Positions 44,601 to 57,763 of a stretch of 64,000 nt of DNA are shown here, piece by piece; position 1 is the stretch's first letter; the number at the start of each line of letters is the position of its first letter. The notes under the pieces are model-generated. The model was not told where the DNA came from, searched no databases, and was given only the letters and a program-made list of their open reading frames with translations. Origin of the DNA: Lingula anatina. Lineage: Eukaryota; Animalia; Brachiopoda. The stretch spans positions 17,708,651-17,772,650 of the forward strand of contig CM120647.1 of the NCBI GenBank assembly GCA_051362555.1, read 5' to 3'. A program made the translations under genes and the position numbers.

Positions 44601-47600
44601 CACAGTATTCTTCCTTCTTTTCATAATGCATCCCCAGTTCTGTCATCGCCTTTGGGACCTTGTAATCCAGTAGAGGGAAAACTTACAGATAATTCCTATT
44701 CAGTGTATCAGCCTCCCAGAGGAGCTGTGCGTGCTTGGCTTATACCAGACTGGATTACATGCTTCAATGGGTTTCAGCCTGGGAGAAGTTGGCCCCATTT
44801 ATTCGGCTCCTTCTTTTTCATTCATAGTTCGATCGGGGTTGAATCGAGCTGGAAATTATGCTGCGTATGTTTCCTATTTGGAATCGTGGTACTTTAGTGT
44901 CAACGACATTGATTTAGATTATGGCTTACTATCTAGGTCCTCAGCATGAAGTTCAACTAGACATTTGATGTATAGCAATCAGCTTTGGCTATTTTCCCCA
45001 AACTGTATTTTTTTTTTCTTTATCTGGAGTGGTTGTCAGGTTTGTCAGAAATGGATATCGTCCAAGTCTCAAGGTGCACCACTTCACATTTCTCCTTGGG
45101 TTTGCCTCTCTATTGTGTTTGTTCACAGTAGGATTATAATGCGCTCACAACAGCAATGAATACCAAAGTGGAAAGTGGCTGGTGGCGGTTTGGAGAAAAA
45201 AAAATGAAAATCAAAAAAGCATTGTTAAGGGCTACTTAACACTATTTCTTTCTCCCACTGTCACAGTAATGTCCTTTTCTTCCCTAAAAACAACTTCTTG
45301 TTGTCTGTGTAATTAAAGTGGGCCATTTTTATTCAGATTTCATAAAAATTAAGGTCAAATTCTTAAAAACATTGTATTTTATAACCTTCGGTAAAACTAA
45401 AATGTGATGTATCAGGCCATTAGACAGTTCTTATCCTCTCTGCTCATATTAAAGGTACAGGTTCTCAGGGGAAAACGGCAAGTTATCTTAGGAGGGGAGC
45501 CCTCTTGGTTGTGATATATTTATATCTCACATGATTACAGTTAGTTGTGTGTGTCCTTGTAGGATAACTTAGACATGTAAATTGGCTCTGCCCATGTTAC
45601 GTATGCTTTATTGATGGTTTTAATTGAATTAGATGCACAAGGGAATGCCAAGTACTAAAGGAACAACAGTGGCGCTGGTATAGAGTTTTTCCTTGTCTTG
45701 AATTTTTTCCTCATTTTCTGATGTCATTGAATTTTATGATTAATCATGTTGATGATTTTTGAAGGGGTGTTTTTCATAAAATTGGTCCAACGGGAATAAA
45801 TTTTTGCTTCAGAAATTATTTTTGCCCTCAGAAGCACAAAGAGGGATGTCATGTATAGAGATTTCAATAAGAACCAGGCATCTACATATTAGAGGACAAA
45901 AACCTGTTTCCTTGTGCCATGGGGCTATTTGATTTTGCTTCAAAGAGTGAATGAATTTTATGAAATGGGAATGAAGTGTTCCCGAAGGTTGATAGACTTT
46001 AAAAACAGATGTTACAGAGAAAGGGGAGGAAAAAGTTTGCCTTTTGAAGCCATTAAAACATATGCAGGGTTGGAGAGATGTGCTTCAAGTGTAAACATTC
46101 AGATTTTTTTTTCTGATGGTGCCGCTCAGCCCAATTCTTTGTTATTCACAAGAATTGAGGTCAGTTTTCTCTTTTGAAAGGCAAAAGCTTGAAATGTCAG
46201 CGCTTACACAAACACGGGCAAACATGGAATTGTTAGAAGACAGGAAACTGTCAGATATTATCCACAGATGAAAGGGTCTAAGGGCGAAGAGATGTGTGGT
46301 TGAAAACAGGAACTGGTAAATCGTCCAATCCAACGTAGTTGTCATGACCCAAGAGAAAAGGTTAAAAAAACAGTGCATACTTCAGTGCTAAAATTGCCCA
46401 ATGTTGGTCGTAGTTTATGTCTGGTTATGAAGGATGGTTTACCAAGTACAGGATGGATGCGGCTAACCAAAGGTCTTAAATTGTTGGGTTTAGTGTCGCG
46501 TATGCTAACACCAGGATGCAGACTCACACATGCATTTTAAACACAGATTTTCTGGAGTCTATTTATGAACCAAAATTACTTTACTAAAATATATCATATA
46601 TATCATATCTTCGTTGGATGACTGATTGTCTAGATAAATGAAACTTTCATAAAATGTTCTGCAAGTGCTTTTATTTAAGATACCTACTTACTGGAAACTT
46701 AACCAGAAAAAAAAAATTCCTTCTTAAGGTAATGCTGCTGTACCAAGAAAATCTGACTCCCCTAAAGGGTGACTTCCCAGTCAGATTTTTTAATGAAAAT
46801 ATGACTCATATCTGTATATGGTTATTCTGTAAGTTTTCTGGATTTTGGACATTGTGTGCTGATGACGCTGCCACATCCACATTCTTATGTAATTTTAGTA
46901 ATTGGATAGCTCCTGTTTTCTTTAAAACTTATTTTTAAAGACTACTCCATTGTGACCCATATCTTGTTGTATGGAAAAAGATAAAGGAAAAAATCATTTA
47001 AGTTGGCAGGGAGCAATACCAGTGGAAAGGGGGTGATAAGAGACAATTCAAGGTGTTAAAACACAAAACCTCCTCTGTGTTTACTTTGCAGTATGATTAC
47101 AAATTGCCTGTGTTTTCTTCTTTTTTATGTATTTTTATTTTGGTTTTAAAAAAATCCCAACACATTGTTCTCGTTGCTGGTTTCGCGTTGGGATGTTATT
47201 CTAACACCCTCTACTTTAAAATTTGTCACGACAGCTTGGAGGCAAAAACAATTTTCCTTTCAATTTCATTGGAACGATTTAACTCCTACTGCGCACTGGC
47301 AATGATCTTAAAGAAACCAGGAGGAATTTGGGCACATTCTCAACCTTTGTACTTCTGTATTGGGTGTTGTTTAGAATGGCAATTCATTCAGCGAACCAGT
47401 GCAAGAAAGCAACCAGGCAAAAAGGGAACTTAACAGATCGGTTAACAGTTAGTGGCTTTCAGAAATGTGGGTGGATTTTTGTGTGTAAATGAAATGTGTA
47501 GATTTACCTATACAAGAAAACTTTCTTCCAAGTTCTATTTGATGATCTTATCTCAACCAGACACCCTGCCGAGACGAAGGAATTATATTAGGTTGGTCTG

Positions 47601-49728
47601 ACTTCACTAGACCACTACAATACAGTAGCCAGCCCTTAAATTAAAAACATGATAAAGAGTTATGTGGGATATTGCTTTATACTGGTGCCTCTGTTTCTAA
47701 TCACTATTTATGGTGCTTTAAAATACATTTCGTCATTAGTTATTTCATGATAACCATACAGAATTAATTGTTTTACTGTCTGAATAATTAATGCACAGCC
47801 AAGACTTCAATGTCCTTGGGGGAAATAACACCCATTTCTCTGTACTAGTAATAACACCTATTCTCTGCACTACAGAATGTAAGTAATAACACCCATTTCT
47901 CTGTACTAGTATGTACTATCATGGTCACATCTATTTGGGTCCCATTTTATTCTAAGTCTGGAATGTTAGCGTGGCCAATTATCTGATCTCCCTACCCTGT
48001 GATTAAGGGTGTCCTAGTGGACGAGATCACTCACCTGTACTGGTATGTTGTCACCTGAGATTGGCCAGACTACCTGCTGACCAGTGACTTGACAGGGGTC
48101 TGGGAGATGTCCAGAATGGACAGTTAGTGGATACTTAATGGTGGCCCTTAAAGATGCATACAAAGTCAATTTTTTGTCACAAAAACCAACCAAATGCCAG
48201 CATATAGTTTCAAGTAGCATAACTAAGAGAATTACCAAAAGGCATTGTTTAATTTTACCCGAAAATGATGTTTGAACAGATTTTTCTGCTGGCATTCTAA
48301 GCTGTATGTCAATGGGGCAGGAAAGTAGGTCACGGAAGTAGGTTAAATTTACAACCATAAATTTAAAGAAAGGAGCAGTCTAAAGGTCTTTTATGGCTGA
48401 TCGAGTGATCTATACTGTTTATCCCTTGGCATGTCAAATTTATTTGAGTCACATAAGAATCTAGTAGAAGTGGTTTACATGTGTTACTGGGAATCCACGA
48501 TCCACCGATGCTCGGTTCGTATGTACCTTTAATGCACTGCTGTTGTGTATTTCTTGGCTTGTTCTTTACAAAAGGCTGTGTTGAACTTTATTATACTCAA
48601 TGATTTAGTGTGTCTTAAAACTTAGTTGTAAAAAATTAATTGGGTTGTTTTTAGCAAATATTGAGCATTTGATTTATCAGTTTGCTTTTTATGTTGGACA
48701 GTCCTCATGCACTTTTACAGACTTCAAGAAAATGGGATGATCTTTCATTTGTCATTTAAACTGTTTACTTTCATATAACACATGCCCAAACCAATCCTAC
48801 GTCTGCACTTTTTCATTTGGTTGTAGTACAGTCTTTTAAAATCTTGTTACATTTTAAATTAAAGTCCAGCTGGTGTTTTGACTATGGTCTCTCTGAAAAC
48901 ATTTTCCAAACAAGAAGCACGTTTCTCGTAATTGTAAATGCTTTCTCCACATTGTGTGAGCTGGTTGGAAAGCTATGTTTTCTTCTCTCTAAACTTTCCA
49001 GAACTCAAAACTTCAACTAGGCAGATGATTTTGGAAAGGGGGGGGGGGGGGGGTCAGACAAGCTGACACATTAAAGAGAGCATTCCACCACAAATTTCTC
49101 CATTCTCTGCCAAACACACTTTGTTTACTAAGTCAGCTAGAAGGAATTCGCTGCTTTTATCCAAACCTGGGCTCCATACGCTGCCTGTGTTATAAAGCCT
49201 TAGGTAGTTATATTTAGTTAGCAGACTTTGCTTTAACAACAGTTTGTTGCGTTTCGGCTTGCCTCTTTCCAGGGCTACAATCAGTACTATTTTATTTATC
49301 CTTACCAAAAATAGAGCTGTACTTTTATTTAGTGAAATCAGACCTCGGTGCAGAACTGAAAGTCAAAAATTCCAAAAGAAATTCTAGTTTGATTTTACAT
49401 CACATGACCCAAAACATAAAAAAAAAATTAAATTAAAACAGAAAGAAAACATGACATTTGTGAAGTTCATTTTCAGTTTGGCTTCCACTTTCTTAGGAGT
49501 TATAATATTTAATATTACTTAAACATAGCACCCTGGGGGCAGAGGCTATGACATAGACCAGTGTCAGAATGGCTCTGTATTCTACAATATTCAAGAATGC
49601 AGTCCTCAGCATTCAGGGTGAAATAAGATGAGGCTGGGTCATGTGGAGCTCAGGAACCTGACACCCTGGTGATGGGGGCTTTGTTGGTACACTGAGCATA
49701 GTTTGTTATACTCTGCTTTGTAGTTGTA

Positions 49729-49730
<2 letters not shown>

Positions 49731-49765
<35 letters not shown>
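49731..49765. repeat. (GA)n microsatellite
   Basis: Direct reading. Confidence 0.95.
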
Positions 49766-49767
<2 letters not shown>

Positions 49768-52700
49768 CACTCTTTGACCTGTAACACTCAGGACTCCCAA
49801 TTCTCTCAAAAATATGCAGATAAAGTATCTTGTCTTGCTATATGAAAGGAGTTATTTAGAATTATTAAGAAGTAAGAGAAAATTACAGAAGAATTTGAGG
49901 TCATCATTACTACTGTAAATTAGCCTTAAAAATGGTGAAAAATGAAAAAAAATCCACAGCGATCAGTATGATTGCTTTAAGCCCTCTTGCCATCAAGATA
50001 CAAACGTTCATTCAATCTCATTAAATGTAACAATTACAACACGTTGAAAATGGGATTATTTTAATTTTTAAACCAACACATATTAAGCTCTTTGACATAA
50101 AGGTAACAGGTGCTTGTACAGGTAGGTGATAGGGGCACGGATTACAGAATGGGTGACGCAATCCACAAACCAACACCAGTGCAAACTCACATACCACCCT
50201 GTTTTCTATGGCATAGTTCATTATCAACCTCATCATTCAGAGTGCGTTAACAAGCTGTGATAATCAGGGCAAGATTGGATAATCGTTGATCTTACAAGAG
50301 GGCTATGTGCGCAACACGACTATGTCAATACACAGGATCCCTTGGTTTGGGCCATTAAAGGCTTTACCTCCATCAAAAATTCCCCCTGTACAAACATATC
50401 CCGCATAGATGAACTGTGCCATACCTGGCTTTAAAATAAGGGGCTCAAGGGGGGGGGGGGTTAAAGTCTTGTTGATGAGCTGCAATCTGATCATTTGCTT
50501 CTGTAAACCCAAAACAGTCCTTGAAAGAAGGGGTGGGTTATTGTCTCGCATTAGAATAGAGGGTCCTATATGGTGAATAATGTTGATTTAAATAAAATAA
50601 TAGGTCATGTTATCAGTGTTTGTCAGTGTCTTGTTTATAAGATGGATAGTTTCCTGTGAAATTACTTAGCTTCTAGTGAAGTGAAGTGTTGTTGAGAGGG
50701 GTAGACAGGTAGTTGAGTTAAAATCTAGAGTTTATTGTTTGAAATGAAATCTCATAAAATAGAGTAAAATAATCTGCTTTTGGTGCAGTGATTTTCATCG
50801 GAAGAGGTAAGGGGGAACGTTGTTGGTGCTGAGAGAGGAGAGGAGATGTCTTGTTCATGAGATGGAGAGGCCTATACAAATAAAACAGTCAAATCTTCAT
50901 TTGTGAGAATTGGAGTATTATAGAGAAGGACAAAAGATGGGATAAGAAATATCTTGTTTAAAAAGATAAAATGTATGACAGACAGATTGGGCTACTGTGC
51001 CCAGCATCGATTCCGAGATGTATTAACTTTTTGACAAAGCCAGCTGATCCTGTCATAATGTGAGCATTTATTGACTGACGCCTCGGTCCAATTTACATAA
51101 AATATGAGCTGCGATAGAAACTGTTCTCTCTCTCGGTCAATAGATAATGATTTTGTTGGGTAAGCTTGATCAGATTTAAGGGACCCGAGAGCGGTATTGA
51201 TTGCCAGAGAGTGATTAGTTTGTTTTTGTGACATTCTTATTTATTGATGCCAGATATTGCTAACATCAAAGGTAATGAGAAATTAACGGAAATGATTTCA
51301 GATTATGTCTCAGTTTTACACATATTAGGTACAAAATCTCTAGTTTGATATTGAGCTGGCAAATTAGGAGTCATATGAACAGCTGAGCAGCTGAGGTCAC
51401 ATTTCAGTGAAATAAGACACTAACATTGTCAGATGGGAAAAAAATGGTCAAAATTTTCCTTATCTGAAGTAAGCAATTTTCTCGTAAAAGGGAGGATGAC
51501 TTCCTTTCGCATTTAACCAACATTTTCTACGTTACAGTGAGAGCCTATCGAAGCACATGTACGCTAATGAGTACTTAGTTTGAGGTTGATGCCAAAGAAC
51601 TGGTATTTTCATTGTAAGACTTCCTTATGGAATTTCACTTCACTTTTAGTTCGGGTAATTTGTGGTATTTGGCTAAGCCAAAAAAACTTCAGTGATCAAA
51701 ATATTATGCACAGTGGAAAAGTATATATATATATACATATATATATATGTTCAAGTGCACCGAGTATCAGATATGGACCCCAAAGATCTCACATCTGGAT
51801 TATCTCAGGATTGTAATCCAATTTGTGTGGTGTATTGGTTATCAAGATTAGTGGAAGTAATTAACTTCTGAGTACTCAAATTGTGTTACGACACTTTGTG
51901 TGCCATGGTGTATGGTAAATGTTAACTCCTTCCAGAGTATACGTAGTAATGTGTTGCTTTTAAAAATAGAGAGGACACTCTGGATATTTGTGTGTTGTAT
52001 TCATGACCCCAGACCTCCCATATGGTATAGAGCTGGGTGCCTTTGGCTCTTGCATTTTCAGGATTCCTTTTCAAGGTTCACCACTTTTCTGTCAAAAAGT
52101 AAATCTCATCTACAGATTGAAATTTTTTTTTTCCCCTAATAGGCATTTTTTATCGTCCCTTCCTCTAAAGATCTTGATCACGACTAATTCATGGACATTT
52201 ACTTTGCAGAAAAGATTTACCTTTTTATCTTAACACAAGAGACATGAAAAACCATTTTACAATATGGTGATACTTATTGCACATGTTATATACAGTACAT
52301 GGGCATTCTTTGGCTTCTTTGATGCTGCATTCACTATCACAGTGACCCCTGCTTACAAGGGGTTTATCTGTTACCAAGATGGCTCTGGTGATTGGCGTGT
52401 TTCTTGCCAAGTTGTGGCAGCTTAACTTGGTTTGTACTGTTGTTTAAAATTTGCCAGGTTGTAGATTTTCACCTGAGGAAGCAAATCTTACGTGACTTGA
52501 CTAAGTTTACAGGAGGAGAGAAAAAACATGAGAGTAGGGAAAAAATAACTGCAGACATTTGAAATTATTATCAAACTCTACTAAGAAAGAAGGAGCTAAA
52601 TTAGGCATATTCAGCTTCATTGGATTTTCAATATTTTGTCATATTTTGTCATGGGCCATATCATTACCTAACTCCAATGAGAAGGAAGTCCTTAATTTAA

Positions 52701-53744
52701 GTTGACTCAGATTTACTGGAAACACGACCAGAGTTCAACATATTAAGTGTCATGCCTTTGTAACCCTTAATGGGTGCTTGATGCGTGGGGAGACATTGAA
52801 GAAGGCAGAGATGGCATACCTACATAGAAACCATACAATAGAACTGACCCCTTGGTAACTTCTAACTGGGAGGGTTTGTGAAGGTGAAGTGAACTGGAAT
52901 TTTTCTTTCTTTTTAATTTTTTTTAAAGTACTTGCAGGAAGAATAGTAGAAATGAGTAAATTTGAATAGGACATTATAAAATGCAGCAGCAAGTACAGAA
53001 GTACAGAATGTATTTTTAATTTGTTTGAAAATTAAAGATGTAAAATCAGGAAGTGAAATATTTCTTTAAATAATATATTTTCGGTTTAAAGCAAATTGTT
53101 ATTTTGAATAGCAGCAATCATTATTTTCCAATTATACTTAGTCAAGCACCACAAAGTCAGAATTGTCTTCTAAATTCCTGAAAAAAGGGGGGGGGGGGCT
53201 CTTGCAGTTGGCTGTTAACTGTGAACAACTAAATGAACCCCCAAAAACTGAAGACTTCAACTGTAACAGGTGCTCTAATATAAAAGACACAGTACCAGCT
53301 TTGTGTGTGTGTGTGCAGTTATCAGCCCAGATAAGACTTCACACAGCATCACAGAGATAGCTTTGAGTAATAGCATCTCTGTCTTCACTACACAGCCCAC
53401 CCTTACCTGGGGAAGTCTCTTTGATGTCCTGTGAAAACTGGTGAGTAAGTGTCTGGAATGTTCAACTAGCCTCCAGTCTACACAAGTGTCAGGAGTGGGA
53501 GACTTACCTTGAGTGTGTTAGAAAACAGATCGTTTTCTACACTGTTGTGGAGAGGGGATACCATACAGTAATGATAAAGAGGGAAATTTTTTAATTTCCA
53601 GAAAAATTTAATTATGTATTTTTGTCTGGTTATTTTACATGCACTGCATGGTGTGTGATTCCAATGAGTTGGACTGGTGAAGATATTTGTAATTTTTCCC
53701 AATTGCCAACAGCAATGTATTTTTGGAATAAGTATTGTAAAATG

Positions 53745-53780
<36 letters not shown>

Positions 53781-55005
53781 TTTTGCATACATGCCAGTGT
53801 GCATACATTTGGGCAGTTGTCCTGGGGTTGCTCAACAAACAAACCAAATTATATCCAGGGTTGTGTATCTATCATCTCTCTTGGGAAGATTCATAATTCC
53901 GGGTCATTTCTCTCTACTTAATAATATTATTTTTCAATATTCTCTTGTGATAAAAGATAGTGGTAGCAGATGTTCAGTTTTGGAGTCCAAAATATACTCT
54001 GTGAGATGTTTATTTCTTCTTTAAAAAATCTGTCATATGTCGACTATTTCACCAGATTGTACTTGATTGGCATAGACAAAATTAGAAATGATAGGTATAT
54101 TTTCTTTTCTATGGGGTAAATGCATTGGTTCTCCGAGTAGGAAAATAATTAGTTAAATGCATAGAATTAATAGGAAGTGATTTAATGCTTTTTGAAGAAA
54201 AAAAAAAGGAACTGATGAAGGGATCCCAGTAATTAAAAAGTATTTTTATCTGCCCATTCTCAGTATAATTGTTTCTATACATCAGTCAGTAAAGATTATC
54301 ATGGTTTACTTTAATATAACAGATTTTTTTGGCAGTGTGCACTGTAAAGCACTAGCCCATAGCGATATTGTCAGCCTAAAATATTAAAGAGGCATGGGGA
54401 CAAGTAAATAAAATTTTGTTAACTTTATCGCTAACCCACTTTTAGACCCAGATTGCACTTAGGGCTAGTAGCTTAAAATTTTTATGGAACAGACTGTAGC
54501 TTTGTTGCTTTTTGCAGTGAAGTACAAACCGGTTTTTGTCGATGATTAACCCAGAATGTGACTCTTTTTATTTACGTGTATATAAAAAGTTCCAGAAAAT
54601 TAAAGGTAGTGAGGACAGTTAACCTTGATTTGTTACAGAGGTTAAAGTGAGAGAGGTGCTGTAGTTGATAATAGGTTACGGAAGATTAACTAGTCCAGAA
54701 TTTTGTTAGAGGTGATGTTTTTGAGTTCAAACATCCGGTGACTCATCTCCTTTGTTAAACAGGTACAGGTAGTGGCATATTTTTTTTTTTTTTTGAGTGG
54801 ATGAGATTTTTCTGAGAGCTCAGTAGATTGTTGATCAAGCTGTTCAGATAAATTTAACCTCTCTCCCTCTCTCTCTTAACTTGTCTTTAATTTGTTCATT
54901 TATCATAATCAAGAATGAGATGTTTATATGTCTTTATTGCAGAAAAATTTGAATTCATGGGTTATTAGAAACATTATTACAGAACTGCAGGAGTGAATTC
55001 AATAC

Positions 55006-55302
55006 AAAACAGTGTGAAATTTTAGAGACATTACCATAACCTACAGAATGGAAGTCCATATTGTTGTTGTTGTAGAAAAGGGAGGCATTCTAGTAAAATC
55101 TGGTGTCATATTTACCCCAGTGTCACAAGCAGGTGTCCCCCTGTCAGGAAAAACAGTAAAATAAAACAGGAGTGTGGAATTTTAGAATGATTACCCTAAC
55201 CCACAGAATGAAGTCCATGTTGTTGTAGTGGTAGGAAAAAAGGGGGGCATTGTATTGATACCTGGTGTCATATATACCCCAGTGTCACAGGCAGGTGTCC
55301 CC
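55006..55302. repeat. Diverged direct duplication of ~140-157 bp
   Basis: 55006-55140 vs 55163-55302 share ACAGAATG..AAGTCCAT..TTGTTGT and CTGGTGTCATAT.TACCCCAGTGTCACA.GCAGGTGTCCCC. Confidence 0.8.
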
Positions 55303-55687
55303 CTCTCACTGCCACTGTCACATGCAAAGGGGACGTCATTCGCCAGGCTTCCTCCAGACAATGGCGCACAATGAACCAGTTTGGGACTATGGGGAGGTCT
55401 TTATAGCTAGTGCCCCCAAGTCAATATGTCTCCCGTGTCTGATGAATGGCCCATGTTACATGTCAAGACATTCAACTCTTAGGCACTTTCCCAGCCTTTA
55501 AATAATGAATTCAGTATTTGGTTGTAAAATATGGAACCTTCAAAATTTTCTTACTGGTGCTCAAGATTGTGTTAAGCAGGACAGAGTGATGTGTTATTGC
55601 TATCTCATGAATTCTTGTGTTTCAGGAACAGAAACGCAACTTTTTCAACTACTTCTCTTTCCCATACTGATATGGCATACTGACACT

Positions 55688-56378
55688 AACCCCATTCACA
55701 CGAGACACTTTCAATCGCGATTAGTGCCAAATCGCGATTCTATCGATGTAAAGCTTCTAGTGTGAACGCAGTAGAGACGCCAAATCGCGATTCAAATTAA
55801 TCCTACTCGAGAGGTGGATTCTATCGATGTAAACTTTAATCGCGATATAAAATTTCCTAGTGAGAACGGGATCGATGTTAACACCGGAAGTTGAGGACTT
55901 AAGGCGCGTGCATAGTTTCTATCGAAAGTACAATACAATACAATACAATAAATTTTATTTCATGTCGGGTATAAATTGAAACGAAACATTAGCTAAATAC
56001 AGCTATTCGCCGACTGGAAAGTGAAAGAAAACAAACTGTCCACGCAATTTCAAGTTTCTTCGCAGTCAGCAAAATGGCCAAGAGGAAGTATGGTCTGAAA
56101 ACTCAGTGGCAGCATAAACAAATATTTGGGCCGATGAGAATATTAAACAGAAAATAACACCGTACACACCGAAAGCATGGTCTTGAAGGCAGCTACTGCG
56201 CATGATCAACAGGATATACCGTGACTCCCCTAGCGAGCACAGTTGCAATTACCAGATCTAGCAAGGTAAATCGCGATTTCGTTTTTACATGTGTGAACGC
56301 AAAAAAGTGAATTTAGCTAAGCGCGTTAGAATCGCGATTCCCTAAATCTCGATTAACCATGTACGTGTGAATGGGGCT
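55688..56378. mobile_element. PIF/Harbinger-like non-autonomous element
   Basis: ACT|AACCCCATTCACACG ... CGTGTGAATGGGGCT|ACT (3-bp TSD); clustered palindromic AATCGCGATT subterminal motifs at both ends. Confidence 0.8.
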
Positions 56379-57705
56379 ACTGGCTGTTCTTCAGAGATGG
56401 GACTTTGACTTGTTGTTCAAAATGTGTTTTGACTGCAGTGATTTTTGTTTTCATGGGAGGGTCTTGAAAACAAAATAAACACTGGTTGGTTGTGAAGTAG
56501 AGTCAGCTGCTGTGATCTCCAGTCTTGTGTTATTTATTTCTTCTCATGTGCTGTTTATCTCGGGGAGAGATATCAGGTCTGTTTGGAAGAATCTTCTTGT
56601 GTGGTGGACCTCGAGTTAGTTAAAGATGGCTTCGTTTTACTGTTTTTGTATGTGTCTGTGATAGTTATTGAATGCATTCCTTATTACCTTGTACAGAAAA
56701 AAGTTATTGACAGCCAACTCAGTGAAGGTAGTGACTAACCAGTAATTTTTTTTGCATGCAGGTGCATGTGTGTGCATTCACGTGTGTGCGTGTGCTTGCA
56801 CGGACCCCCAAAAAATTAACATACGATAGACTGTTTCTTGTGTGTCTAAATTCTCTCCACGTTGCAAGTGATTTACTAGTGTATTTGTAGCACATACTAT
56901 TGATCCTGTGTCTCTCTCCTCTGATTGTGTTTCTATAATTATGGCAAGTGTACAGACACTATCATTGATTATTTCCTGGGCACATCTGTACATGTAGCAT
57001 TCACATGGGACAGTAGATATCAAGTCGGAAGCTGTCGGCTTATTACCCATTAAGCCCAAATGCCCCACTTAGTTGGTTTTATTTATGAGGATAAGTTACT
57101 CACCAAATCGACAAAAGCTCTCTCAGAGACTGGCTTTTTGTAGGAGAAATTTCTCTTAATTTCTGGGTAAATTGCTTTTTAGCATTGTTTAGGGAAATCA
57201 TGCCGGTTGTGTTCATAGTTAATGTAAACCCCCTTTTCTTCACTCCCTTCCGTTTGTGCTATGCTCAGCACTATCGATTGCAATCAAGGTGGTAGATGCA
57301 CAGCATGTAAACCACTCAATCAGTCAGAGTTGATTGTGGCTAATTGAGAATTTCTAGGGCATCATGCGTTGGCATTGACTATATACTGAGCAGTGGAAAC
57401 ATAGCCTCCATGATTGACCCAGAACAGAGATAAATCCACTTATTTACACAGACATGTAGATTATACATAGAGCTCAACAAGGAGAACATGGGTACTTGGG
57501 GTATGGGGGGGGGGTTGTACTGTGATCTCTCATTAGCCTCAGAATTCTAGGTTGCTGCTTAGAAATAGGAATAAGATGGGGTTTTGTCATCCCTTGGCTG
57601 TGTCAGTGAGAACTGAACCAGTCTTGGTTTCATCTGCGTGTTTAGAGGTAAACTGGAGTTGGCGTTGCTTTTACAACTTCATGCACACATGGAGACACAC
57701 CCCCC

Positions 57706-57731
57706 CACACACACATACACACACACACACA

Positions 57732-57762
<31 letters not shown>
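57706..57762. repeat. (CA)n microsatellite
   Basis: Direct reading. Confidence 0.95.
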
Positions 57763-57763
<1 letters not shown>

